This document shows positions 37,367 to 45,081 of a DNA stretch of 64,000 bases, piece by piece. The stretch lies in IMG/VR virus record IMGVR_UViG_3300023176_002545. One strand, 5' to 3'. Position 1 is the stretch's first letter. Each line of letters starts with the position of its first letter. The position numbers and the translations under genes are program-made. Source of the stretch: a virus. The notes under the pieces are model-generated. The model saw only the letters and a list, made by a program, of their open reading frames with translations. It did not search any database and was not told the DNA's origin.

Positions 37367-38460
37367 TATCTAATATTCTCCCAAATAGTTGCATACAATG
37401 CATCACCACTAAAAAAGTCGTTTGTTAGTTTGTGTTTTAGTTTTTGAATACTAGGAACATAACTATCATAGTTGTCGATATAATCACGTAATTGTTTTAC
37501 AATTTTATCTTTGTTTGCTTCATAAGACTTGTAGTCTTTGGTCCATGTACTTGCATACTTAAATTCATTACCATACATTTCAACATAACTAAGTCTGTTG
37601 GGCACCATAGGAATTGCACCTACAATAGCACCTTCATATGCACTAATACCTAGTGTTTCTTGTAGGTTAGCACTAAACACTACTTTTGCTTCGCCTAGCA
37701 AGTTATGATATTCGTTTTTAGTAAGCTCTTGTTCTTGACAAACGACAAACTCAACATCGTTAAATTCTTTTTTAAGATCTCTAAAAATTTCTGGCTGTTT
37801 CTCAGGAGCAATACGATGCGGAAATAATACTAGGTTACGTTTTTCCATGTTTGTATAAGGAACTAGGGTATCTTCCAAATACTCCATTGGCCAACCTACA
37901 CGAACAATTTTATTTGTTTTTAAGTTATCTTCAACCCACTTGTCCTGTTCTTGACTAGCATATTTTGCAAAGCCTTTTGCAAACAGTCTAATATGAAAGT
38001 CTGTAGCAAAGTAGTTGTGGTCGTAGCATTGAAACATTGAATACTCTGCATGACGTACCCAATATCTGTCGCCGATTAGCCTACCCAGGAAATCATGAGG
38101 ATCATAGCTACCAGCATGCCAAAGGCCACCGATTCGAATGTCCACGCCCAAGAGCTCAGCCATGTAACGAAGCTGGATAACAGTTGGGTTCCACGCATCC
38201 GTATATAGGAAATAATCTCCATCTTTTACTTCACCTTTACAAAACATTTCACCAATAGTTTCAAGTTGCTTGCTCTTGTACACATTGGTACCGCCAAAAT
38301 TGAGAAAAGCCCCAGGTGTAGTAGCCTGAGGCGTTTCGCCACCTGATATCACACGGATATCAGATTTAACATATTTTGCCAGTTGTTTAGGTAGATGTTC
38401 TTTCCACTGCTTAGTATACCTAGTATCTACAGCTTCAATATCTACAATAAACACTGCCAT
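37366..38460 (-). CDS. GT-B fold glycosyltransferase
   Basis: LFPHRIAPEKQPEIF, QETLGIS.YEG..VGAIP (E-x7-E motif of GT4-like enzymes). Confidence 0.8.
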   Translation of the reverse strand: MAVFIVDIEAVDTRYTKQWKEHLPKQLAKYVKSDIRVISGGETPQATTPGAFLNFGGTNVYKSKQLETIGEMFCKGEVKDGDYFLYTDAWNPTVIQLRYMAELLGVDIRIGGLWHAGSYDPHDFLGRLIGDRYWVRHAEYSMFQCYDHNYFATDFHIRLFAKGFAKYASQEQDKWVEDNLKTNKIVRVGWPMEYLEDTLVPYTNMEKRNLVLFPHRIAPEKQPEIFRDLKKEFNDVEFVVCQEQELTKNEYHNLLGEAKVVFSANLQETLGISAYEGAIVGAIPMVPNRLSYVEMYGNEFKYASTWTKDYKSYEANKDKIVKQLRDYIDNYDSYVPSIQKLKHKLTNDFFSGDALYATIWENIR

Positions 38461-38470
38461 ATTGTTCTCC

Positions 38471-38704
38471 TTAATTCAAATACTTTCCATTACGTCGGAA
38501 AGGCTTACGCGGCTTCTGCGGTTTAGGACCTTTATGTCGGTTCTGAAACGCTCGCCAAGCGTAACTTTCGTTGTTGTACAAATCCTTTTCGTCAAACACG
38601 TAACCAGGAAAACCCTGCAAATACGAGTAAGCACAAAAATTACGATACTCCTCCAAATCGTTAAATACTTTTTCGTATGCTTCACGATTAAATTTGATAG
38701 TCAT
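38471..38704 (-). CDS. Hypothetical protein
   Basis: 77-aa ORF with GAGGA SD and basic C-terminus. Confidence 0.65.
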   Translation of the reverse strand: MTIKFNREAYEKVFNDLEEYRNFCAYSYLQGFPGYVFDEKDLYNNESYAWRAFQNRHKGPKPQKPRKPFRRNGKYLN

Positions 38705-38716
38705 TTTATAATCCTC

Positions 38717-39166
38717 TTATGACTTGGGGTAAAAAATGGAACAGCCGTTTTCGTTGTCTTCAGCGACACTAATCTCTACAAACCGGCCTGGATATTTTGT
38801 AGAAATTTCTTGATACAAGTCATCTGCAATCATTTCACATGACTTGTGATTTAGTTCAAGGACACCTTCGACGTCATACAGTCGTTGCATCCAACGTTTA
38901 AATTGAATAAATTCAATATCGCGATCGTTGTGAAATACTTCAATACGAACACGGAAGTGAAAAATATGACGATGCGGAATACCAAGGAATGATACATCAT
39001 CCCAATCGCCTGTTGCTAGTTTAGGATCTTTATCAGCACCTGGATACATATGTACACCTTCTTTTGCAAAGGTTACCCAAATACTACGTTCTGCATTTTG
39101 CATAGACATTTTTTTATCTTCTTCTTTCATTCTACGTAACATGTAATCATGATATCGTTCTTGCAT
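38717..39166 (-). CDS. T-fold QueD-like protein (6-carboxytetrahydropterin synthase or DpdL-like decarboxylase)
   Basis: LGIPHRHIFHF (LxxxHRHxF replacing QueD CxxxHGH), DRDIEF, SCEMIA..L, V.EDNEN. Confidence 0.75.
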   Translation of the reverse strand: MQERYHDYMLRRMKEEDKKMSMQNAERSIWVTFAKEGVHMYPGADKDPKLATGDWDDVSFLGIPHRHIFHFRVRIEVFHNDRDIEFIQFKRWMQRLYDVEGVLELNHKSCEMIADDLYQEISTKYPGRFVEISVAEDNENGCSIFYPKS

Positions 39167-39173
39167 TGTTTAC

Positions 39174-39202
39174 AGTATACTTTCATTTAATAATCTTGTC
39201 AA
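39174..39202 (-). promoter_or_regulatory. sigma70-type promoter, probably leaderless transcript
   Basis: TTGACA-17nt-TATACT then 7 nt to ATG 39166, no SD. Confidence 0.75.
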
Positions 39203-39725
39203 GGCCATATTTTGCCCAATCTGTAAATTTTTCTCTGTCCATTAGATCGTGCAAACTATGACACCAAACGCCAGGATTGGTTGCTTTAAAATCTACATCA
39301 TCAATTTTAATCATTGTGTTGTAGTTCCACAGTTTTGTGTAAGGCAATGGAACACGGATTTGTGGAATAAAGTTTTCATACTCACAAAGTCCACCATCAT
39401 GAAAACTACCATTGGCGGCACTTAGTGGAATGTCAAGTGTACAAAGATATCCTTCTTTAAGAAACTCTTCGATCATATCTTCCCACTCTTTATAGTAGTC
39501 GTATAGACTTTGATTGTTAAGTATGTTTTCTGGATTAAAACTGTGATTAGCACCAAAGAAGATGTGTTTACAATCGTGTTCGTTGTAGTACTCTAGTATT
39601 TCTTCCCAATCTTGTACGCCTGTAACAAACAATGTTTTGAGACCAAACGCAGGTGTTTTTTCAACTTCAATGCCTACGAAAAATTTTATATCAAAATCTT
39701 CGCCATCATCGTAATCACGCTTCAT
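39183..39725 (-). CDS. Hypothetical protein
   Basis: 180-aa ORF with GAGGA SD inside the deazaguanine locus. Confidence 0.75.
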   Translation of the reverse strand: MKRDYDDGEDFDIKFFVGIEVEKTPAFGLKTLFVTGVQDWEEILEYYNEHDCKHIFFGANHSFNPENILNNQSLYDYYKEWEDMIEEFLKEGYLCTLDIPLSAANGSFHDGGLCEYENFIPQIRVPLPYTKLWNYNTMIKIDDVDFKATNPGVWCHSLHDLMDREKFTDWAKYGLDKIIK

Positions 39726-39750
39726 AATATAATCCTCTTAATGTCCTTTT

Positions 39751-39779
39751 ATTATACAGATAATCTATATAAATGTCAA
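39751..39779 (-). promoter_or_regulatory. sigma70 consensus promoter
   Basis: TTGACA-17nt-TATAAT. Confidence 0.85.
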
Positions 39780-39782
39780 GTA

Positions 39783-39992
39783 CTATTTTAGTTCTAACTG
39801 TATTAATTGGGCATTTAGCCTATGAATTTCATCTTTCAAATACAGTTTCATTGTTTTCAATTTTCGAACTTCTTCGGTTATGCTCATATTATGATAACGT
39901 GATTCAATTAGTTCATCTAAATTTCTATGTTTTCTTTCTAGTTCTTCTAGATGTGCTCTAATTTTATCACTTGCGTCTGTGTAATCACTCAT
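39783..39992 (-). CDS. Small coiled-coil protein (DUF465/YdcH-like)
   Basis: LEELERKHRNLDELI...LKTMKLYLKDEI. Confidence 0.55.
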   Translation of the reverse strand: MSDYTDASDKIRAHLEELERKHRNLDELIESRYHNMSITEEVRKLKTMKLYLKDEIHRLNAQLIQLELK

Positions 39993-41443
39993 TCAAACAA
40001 CTCTCCAAACTTAGTTTGTGCGTTAACTGTTTTCTTACCAGTGGCACCTCGTGTGCCAATGATGCTCATCCAAAAACGACTATATTCTTCTACAAGTGCT
40101 TCTGCTTTTTGTCTGTCGTCAGTTCTGAATATTTCATCCACAACATCTCTAAAAAATAACCTGTCAAAACGCTCTTCGACAAGCATTGACGGAAATACTC
40201 CATTGTCGTATTGTCTATTTGCTTCTTGTACTGCATTAATGTGCATCCATACGTTATGCCCCATCATGATAGCGTAACTAAAACTATCCCATGAGGTTTT
40301 GCCTTCCTTGCCTATTTTATTTAGGTCGCCAGGACCATAAATGCAAATATCTTTAGCCATTAGTTCTGCTGTGATTGGACTATCCATAAAACTTGGATGT
40401 TTTCCTTCACGCACAAATGCTTGTCCAAAAGGTGTAGTATCTTGTGCAAGTGCTTTATCGTCAATTGACGGCACCATTCGATATACCCATTTAGTTCTAT
40501 CTTGTGTTTCTAATTCACAGTAGATCTGTCCATTTGCTGTGGCAAGGAACGGACTAGCACAGTCAAATGTAATGGTAAAGTTTTCGTTATGATATTTACG
40601 AACTGCTCGTTGAATATCTGTAAGTAGTGTAGCCCACTCAAGTTTTGATGTGCCCAAGAAGTGCATAACATCGTGTATGCCTTTTTCAAGTAGTCCGTCA
40701 AAACGTAGTGCAACCAAACGTTTAAGTGCAAGGTGTACATCGCACATATTCTGTCCACCCATTGACCATCCGTTAAAATGATCGTTTGGATATTTCTTTG
40801 GATCACAGTAGTCCTTCATTTGATTGTACCAATCATCTGCATCTGCATGATTTTCACCTTGCAATACATTTAAGAACTTACAAGCACCTGTACGATGCTT
40901 CATCCAATAGTCGTTGTTGATGCGTGTTGCTTTTACTGCTTCTGCATATGTGCTAATGCCTGTTGCTTTTGCACCTTCTGGTGATCTTGCTACCCACGCA
41001 GGAATATCAAGTATCATACCATAGTCCATATAAGCATCCATCCAACGTAATACACCGTCACGTTTCTTTTGTGCCTTTGGACAGTTTGGATCTTTCCAAT
41101 CACCTTCCCAAACACCCTTACCAATTTGGAAACCACCTGAGTCTCCAAGTAGCCAAGTGTTTTGTCTATCTCTGTTTCGTACCATGTCTTCCTTAGGCGA
41201 AAACTTGTTTACGTCTAAGTCAGCATGACCTGCTGAGTACAAACTCCATTTATATTGGAACTGTCCTTCTTGTGCATTAAGATAGTTTAAACTTTCAACA
41301 CCATTTTTAAAATTAGAAGGTATTCTGGACTTATCCACATATTCTTCATGACGTTGCTTGCCTACATAAGTTGCATAGAATCCACTTAGTGCAGGAAGGA
41401 AACGTGCATAATCATTTTGTGACGCAGTTAAGTCTGTATTCAA
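39989..41443 (-). CDS. dpdA: tRNA-guanine-transglycosylase-fold protein, probable DNA deoxyribosyltransferase DpdA
   Basis: TGT motifs GDSGGFQ, MILDIP, VLQG, GWSMGG, HFLG, FDCAS; no C-terminal CxCxxC Zn site; next to folE/queE. Confidence 0.8.
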   Translation of the reverse strand: MNTDLTASQNDYARFLPALSGFYATYVGKQRHEEYVDKSRIPSNFKNGVESLNYLNAQEGQFQYKWSLYSAGHADLDVNKFSPKEDMVRNRDRQNTWLLGDSGGFQIGKGVWEGDWKDPNCPKAQKKRDGVLRWMDAYMDYGMILDIPAWVARSPEGAKATGISTYAEAVKATRINNDYWMKHRTGACKFLNVLQGENHADADDWYNQMKDYCDPKKYPNDHFNGWSMGGQNMCDVHLALKRLVALRFDGLLEKGIHDVMHFLGTSKLEWATLLTDIQRAVRKYHNENFTITFDCASPFLATANGQIYCELETQDRTKWVYRMVPSIDDKALAQDTTPFGQAFVREGKHPSFMDSPITAELMAKDICIYGPGDLNKIGKEGKTSWDSFSYAIMMGHNVWMHINAVQEANRQYDNGVFPSMLVEERFDRLFFRDVVDEIFRTDDRQKAEALVEEYSRFWMSIIGTRGATGKKTVNAQTKFGELFE

Positions 41444-41446
41444 TGT

Positions 41447-41632
41447 CTATCCTCCGTATGCCTTGAACGCTAAGAGAGGTACAAGCCACGGATAAACTAA
41501 GTGTTCAACAAGCTCATATAAAACTAATGCAGTCAACAGTATTGCCCATACTTTAGAGGTTTTTGCTTTCTCTGAAACATATGCAAATGCTCGACTGTGT
41601 AGTTTACCTATCTTTTCAATCAATCGCTTCAT
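41447..41632 (-). CDS. Small membrane protein
   Basis: Hydrophobic VWAILLTALVLYELVEHLVYPWLVPLLAF. Confidence 0.55.
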   Translation of the reverse strand: MKRLIEKIGKLHSRAFAYVSEKAKTSKVWAILLTALVLYELVEHLVYPWLVPLLAFKAYGG

Positions 41633-41635
41633 ATA

Positions 41636-42364
41636 TTACTTGCTTTGTGCTGGCAGAATATAATCGTATTTGACCATACCGCTGTCTACGCTAATTTGCA
41701 TTGCACCTTGATCTGAAATGCTCATGCTTAGATCACCATCTAAACTTAAAATACTTTGCACTTGACTTACTGGCCAACTCCATGTGTGCTGTAGTGAACC
41801 TTCAACACCGTGCTGGAATACAAACTCACCTGCGTGTGTATTTGCATCACCAAAACTAAACACTAGATTGTTGTCTTTAGTCATTACATTAAATGTTGGC
41901 TCTTCGCTGTGTGCTGCACTCATTAGTTTCATACGTGCAATACTTGCCATTGAAGGTGTAACAGTAACATTCCAACTAGCACCTTTGAACTTAACAGTTT
42001 TAAGTTTTTCTTCAATGATTGCTTTATTCATAAAGCGATAATCATTCTTAAAGTCACCTGCGGCATTTTCAAAGTGAATGTGTGTTGGAATAGTTTCACC
42101 ATTGCGTTCTGCTTGTACAACTTCAATTTTTGCATTGTCTTTGTACTCAGGGTTCTTAAGGTGTAGTGCAAGTTTGTCTAGGTTAGGCATACCAAATGTG
42201 CCTACAAACTCTGCAACTGGTGCTTTTGTTTCTGCACTCAAAATAACAGAACGATCTTCTGCCATTGAGTCAATATTGGTATTTTCATCGTTGCTAACTT
42301 TTACTAGGCTAAGGAAGCCAAGTGCGTGGGTGTGAGCAACTACGTCTTGCAAGATATCTTTCAT
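41636..42364 (-). CDS. Probable sliding clamp (gp45-like processivity factor)
   Basis: About 240 aa two-domain alpha/beta pattern, C-terminal YDYILP, close to DNA polymerase; fold not confirmed. Confidence 0.5.
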   Translation of the reverse strand: MKDILQDVVAHTHALGFLSLVKVSNDENTNIDSMAEDRSVILSAETKAPVAEFVGTFGMPNLDKLALHLKNPEYKDNAKIEVVQAERNGETIPTHIHFENAAGDFKNDYRFMNKAIIEEKLKTVKFKGASWNVTVTPSMASIARMKLMSAAHSEEPTFNVMTKDNNLVFSFGDANTHAGEFVFQHGVEGSLQHTWSWPVSQVQSILSLDGDLSMSISDQGAMQISVDSGMVKYDYILPAQSK

Positions 42365-43125
42365 GCTGTTTCTCCATTGTTAAAGTTTATTATATTGTCT
42401 AAGCCTTTGTTTGTCAAGAAGTTTTCTACACTATATTTAGGTTTCCAACCCAAAGCCTTAATTTTTTCTATGTTTGCACAAGTAAACTCTCGTTCTCCAG
42501 GGGTATTTAGGCGGACAGGTAAATTTGGTGCAAGGTCTTGGATCTTGATTGGATGTCCAGATCCAATATCAATAACACCCTTGACATGTGTGTTACGAAT
42601 TAGTATTTCAATAGCATCTATTACATCATACAAATGTACAAAGTCTCTGCGATGTCTAGTGATATATTCTAGTTTATTATGACGCAACTTGTAAAAGAAC
42701 ATGTTCTCTCTGGTAACATTATCACTATAAACTGTATGAAAACGCATACCTAGTGTATCTGGATAGCGTTCTGCTAGTTCTTCTAATATATATTTGCTTG
42801 CCGCATAAGGATTTAAATCAGGTTCATATGCACTTGAACTACTTGCATATAATATACGTGTATTATCGCCATAGCGTTGGAACAGTCTACGACTTGCTTC
42901 TACATTGTTAAACCAATATGAACTAGGGTCTTGTAAACTTTCTCTTACACCACTTTTACCAGCAAGGTGTATGATTAGATCAAAATCTTCTTTAAACTCA
43001 CAGTGCAGTAAATCATGTCTTGGATCATCTACAATGTCAAGTCCTACAACAGTATGAGTTCTTTTTAGTCTTTCAAAGAGTGCAGATCCAATGTATCCTT
43101 GATATCCTGTTAGTAAAATTTTCAT
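42361..43125 (-). CDS. NAD-dependent nucleotide-sugar epimerase/dehydratase
   Basis: TGYQGYIG, HLAG, YASSSS, YAASK, RFHTVY, RDFVHL.D. Confidence 0.9.
   Translation of the reverse strand: MKILLTGYQGYIGSALFERLKRTHTVVGLDIVDDPRHDLLHCEFKEDFDLIIHLAGKSGVRESLQDPSSYWFNNVEASRRLFQRYGDNTRILYASSSSAYEPDLNPYAASKYILEELAERYPDTLGMRFHTVYSDNVTRENMFFYKLRHNKLEYITRHRRDFVHLYDVIDAIEILIRNTHVKGVIDIGSGHPIKIQDLAPNLPVRLNTPGEREFTCANIEKIKALGWKPKYSVENFLTNKGLDNIINFNNGETA
42389..42417 (-). promoter_or_regulatory. sigma70 consensus promoter inside the 3' end of the epimerase gene
   Basis: TTGACA-17nt-TATAAT, followed by GGAG SD for 42364. Confidence 0.8.
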
Positions 43126-43829
43126 CTTGCTATTCCTTGCTCTTGGAACCATGTAAGGTATTCCCAAGTATTCTTCCAATTCAATACATGTCTATGATGA
43201 TGTACAACTTTTGCTAATGGTAAGTCATTTCCGCCTTCGTGCATAGCATCTCCAAAGAACCAAATTACATCTTCATCATCAAAATCTTTTACAATTTGAC
43301 TCTTATCAAAACCCTTGGGTGAAATATCAATACCAGTTTCACCGCCTACTTTTGCTTCTAGGTCTGGAAACTTTAGATTAAAGTTGTGTGCAATAAAGTC
43401 TCGTTCACTGTGATCTTCATCCCACTTTACATAAATTTTTCTTTGCTCTTGATTAGCATTGCGTCCTACAATACTAAAATTTACCATGCCAGGGCGATGT
43501 TCAAAGTGTAAGCCTGTGCGTAGCGGAAATCCACTTGCGGTTAATTCTTCACTTAACCAATCATGTGCTGCTTCTGGAAGAATCCATTCATTAGTACGGA
43601 TATGTTTGTTTCCTTCCCAAACGTCATTACCGTTACAGTTATAAACACGTTTACATAAGTTGTAGGTAGGTTCACTAATTTGTTCTACAGTTTTTGCTTT
43701 ATCACTACCAGTAACTAGATAAACATCGTTAGATAAACAAAACGTATTAAAGAACGCTTTAAAGTTGAGATCAATAATGCCTCTGCTTGGAGTTAGTGTA
43801 CCATCTACATCAAATATAAACTTGTTCAT
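43122..43829 (-). CDS. HAD-IIB hydrolase, phosphomannomutase-like
   Basis: FDVDGTLTPSR, LVTGSD, R.GMVNFS..GR, GG..GIDI.P.G.DK, FFGD....GGND. Confidence 0.85.
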   Translation of the reverse strand: MNKFIFDVDGTLTPSRGIIDLNFKAFFNTFCLSNDVYLVTGSDKAKTVEQISEPTYNLCKRVYNCNGNDVWEGNKHIRTNEWILPEAAHDWLSEELTASGFPLRTGLHFEHRPGMVNFSIVGRNANQEQRKIYVKWDEDHSERDFIAHNFNLKFPDLEAKVGGETGIDISPKGFDKSQIVKDFDDEDVIWFFGDAMHEGGNDLPLAKVVHHHRHVLNWKNTWEYLTWFQEQGIAR

Positions 43830-43999
43830 CTCAAACTCTCTTGATTTTCAAGTAGCCAAATACATTCACCAATGTCACTTGGATCTGTAAACCCTTTTTC
43901 AACTGTACATCTTTCGTATGGATGTATTTGGTAAGCAAATTCAAATCCTAAACCAAATGCACCTGCCATTAGTACAAGTATAAGCAAAAACTGTTTCAT
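43826..43999 (-). CDS. Small secreted or membrane protein (57 aa, absent from ORF track)
   Basis: MKQFLLILVLMAGAFGLG... with ATGA overlaps at both ends. Confidence 0.7.
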   Translation of the reverse strand: MKQFLLILVLMAGAFGLGFEFAYQIHPYERCTVEKGFTDPSDIGECIWLLENQESLR

Positions 44000-44184
44000 C
44001 CTTGAATAGCCTTGTGTTGTGCAATACTTGCGGCTTTTGAAAGTTCACTAAAACGGTCTGCTGTTTGACGTAGTTCTGCTCCATAAGTAGGATCACGGTT
44101 TTCTAAATCACGTGCCATGTTATGCAACAGTATAATCATATCACCGTCTGTTAGTGCTTTTCTTCCTTCAGGTAGTTGTCCCAT
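43996..44184 (-). CDS. Hypothetical protein
   Basis: 62-aa coupled ORF. Confidence 0.6.
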   Translation of the reverse strand: MGQLPEGRKALTDGDMIILLHNMARDLENRDPTYGAELRQTADRFSELSKAASIAQHKAIQG

Positions 44185-44593
44185 TTTCTTTCTCCGATAC
44201 TCTTTTGCGTAAGTCGCTTGAACTAAAGCGATGGTCTCTTTTGTTGAAGTAAAGATCTATATCACGTTTGCGACAAATATCTTTACCAGTGAATTCTTTA
44301 TCTCTATACTCTTCTCCTAATATTCTAACATCAATGTGATACATTGTCAAGATATCTTCTAGATCTTTTTCGCTAGAATAAGGAACTATTTCGTCTACAT
44401 AGCTCACTGCTTTTAGTTGAGTATAGCGTTCTACAATAGTTTGTATAGGAGCGTTCTTTTCTGCTCTATCTACACTTGGATCAACTTGTAATCCGCAAAT
44501 AAGATAGTCGCATTGTTCTTTTGCTTCACGTAGCATTTGTACGTGTCCTGCGTGTAGCAAATCAAATGTGCTACAAGTAAATCCTACTATCAT
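44168..44593 (-). CDS. Cytidylyltransferase (TagD/glycerol-3-phosphate CTase-like)
   Basis: STFDLLHAGH (HxGH), ER..QL.AV.YVDE, RDHRFSSS. Confidence 0.9.
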   Translation of the reverse strand: MIVGFTCSTFDLLHAGHVQMLREAKEQCDYLICGLQVDPSVDRAEKNAPIQTIVERYTQLKAVSYVDEIVPYSSEKDLEDILTMYHIDVRILGEEYRDKEFTGKDICRKRDIDLYFNKRDHRFSSSDLRKRVSEKENGTTT

Positions 44594-44928
44594 TTTGTAC
44601 CTCTTGCACCATCAAATACACAAATAAAGTAGCAACCATCTTCCATTGCTTCTACTCTGTGATGTACGCCGTCATGAATAGGAACAGTGTCGCCTGCTGT
44701 TACGTTCATTGGCACATCGTCTAAGTACATAATGCCGTTTCCTTTAATAAAGATGTAAACTTCTTCTTGTCCTTCGTGCTTATGACCAGTTGTACTTTTG
44801 AACGGAAACAATGTCGTTGAGCTAATAACTAAATTGTTTAGTTCTGTGTTATCCTGTACAACATAGCGGTCGTCTTGTTTAACAATTTTCCCGCCAATGT
44901 CCCATCCAATATACTTGTTCATAATCAC
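44590..44928 (-). CDS. Cupin-domain protein (mannose-6-phosphate isomerase-like)
   Basis: HKHEGQEEVY....G.G and GVHHRV cupin motifs. Confidence 0.75.
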   Translation of the reverse strand: MIMNKYIGWDIGGKIVKQDDRYVVQDNTELNNLVISSTTLFPFKSTTGHKHEGQEEVYIFIKGNGIMYLDDVPMNVTAGDTVPIHDGVHHRVEAMEDGCYFICVFDGARGTK

Positions 44929-45080
44929 CCCTTTCGTTTATTAGTAGTACGTTTATTTAGGTTTTGTTGCTTGACTTCTAACAATTCTTTGATATCTTGA
45001 AGTTGAAATAATACTTCTTCAATCATATCAAGGTCTTGTTGCTTTTCAGTATCAAGCAAAACCTTTACTTCTATTTCCAT
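44925..45080 (-). CDS. Small hypothetical protein (51 aa, absent from ORF track)
   Basis: GGAG SD; MEIEVKVLLDTEKQQDLDMIEE...; stop overlaps the next start (GTGA). Confidence 0.65.
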   Translation of the reverse strand: MEIEVKVLLDTEKQQDLDMIEEVLFQLQDIKELLEVKQQNLNKRTTNKRKG

Positions 45081-45081
45081 A

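Noticed and set aside
39989-41443. Ordinary host-type tRNA-guanine transglycosylase (Tgt)
   Set aside because: Lacks the C-terminal CxCxxC..H Zn site of bacterial Tgt, is longer, and sits in a phage folE/queE locus typical of DpdA; tRNA activity is not formally excluded
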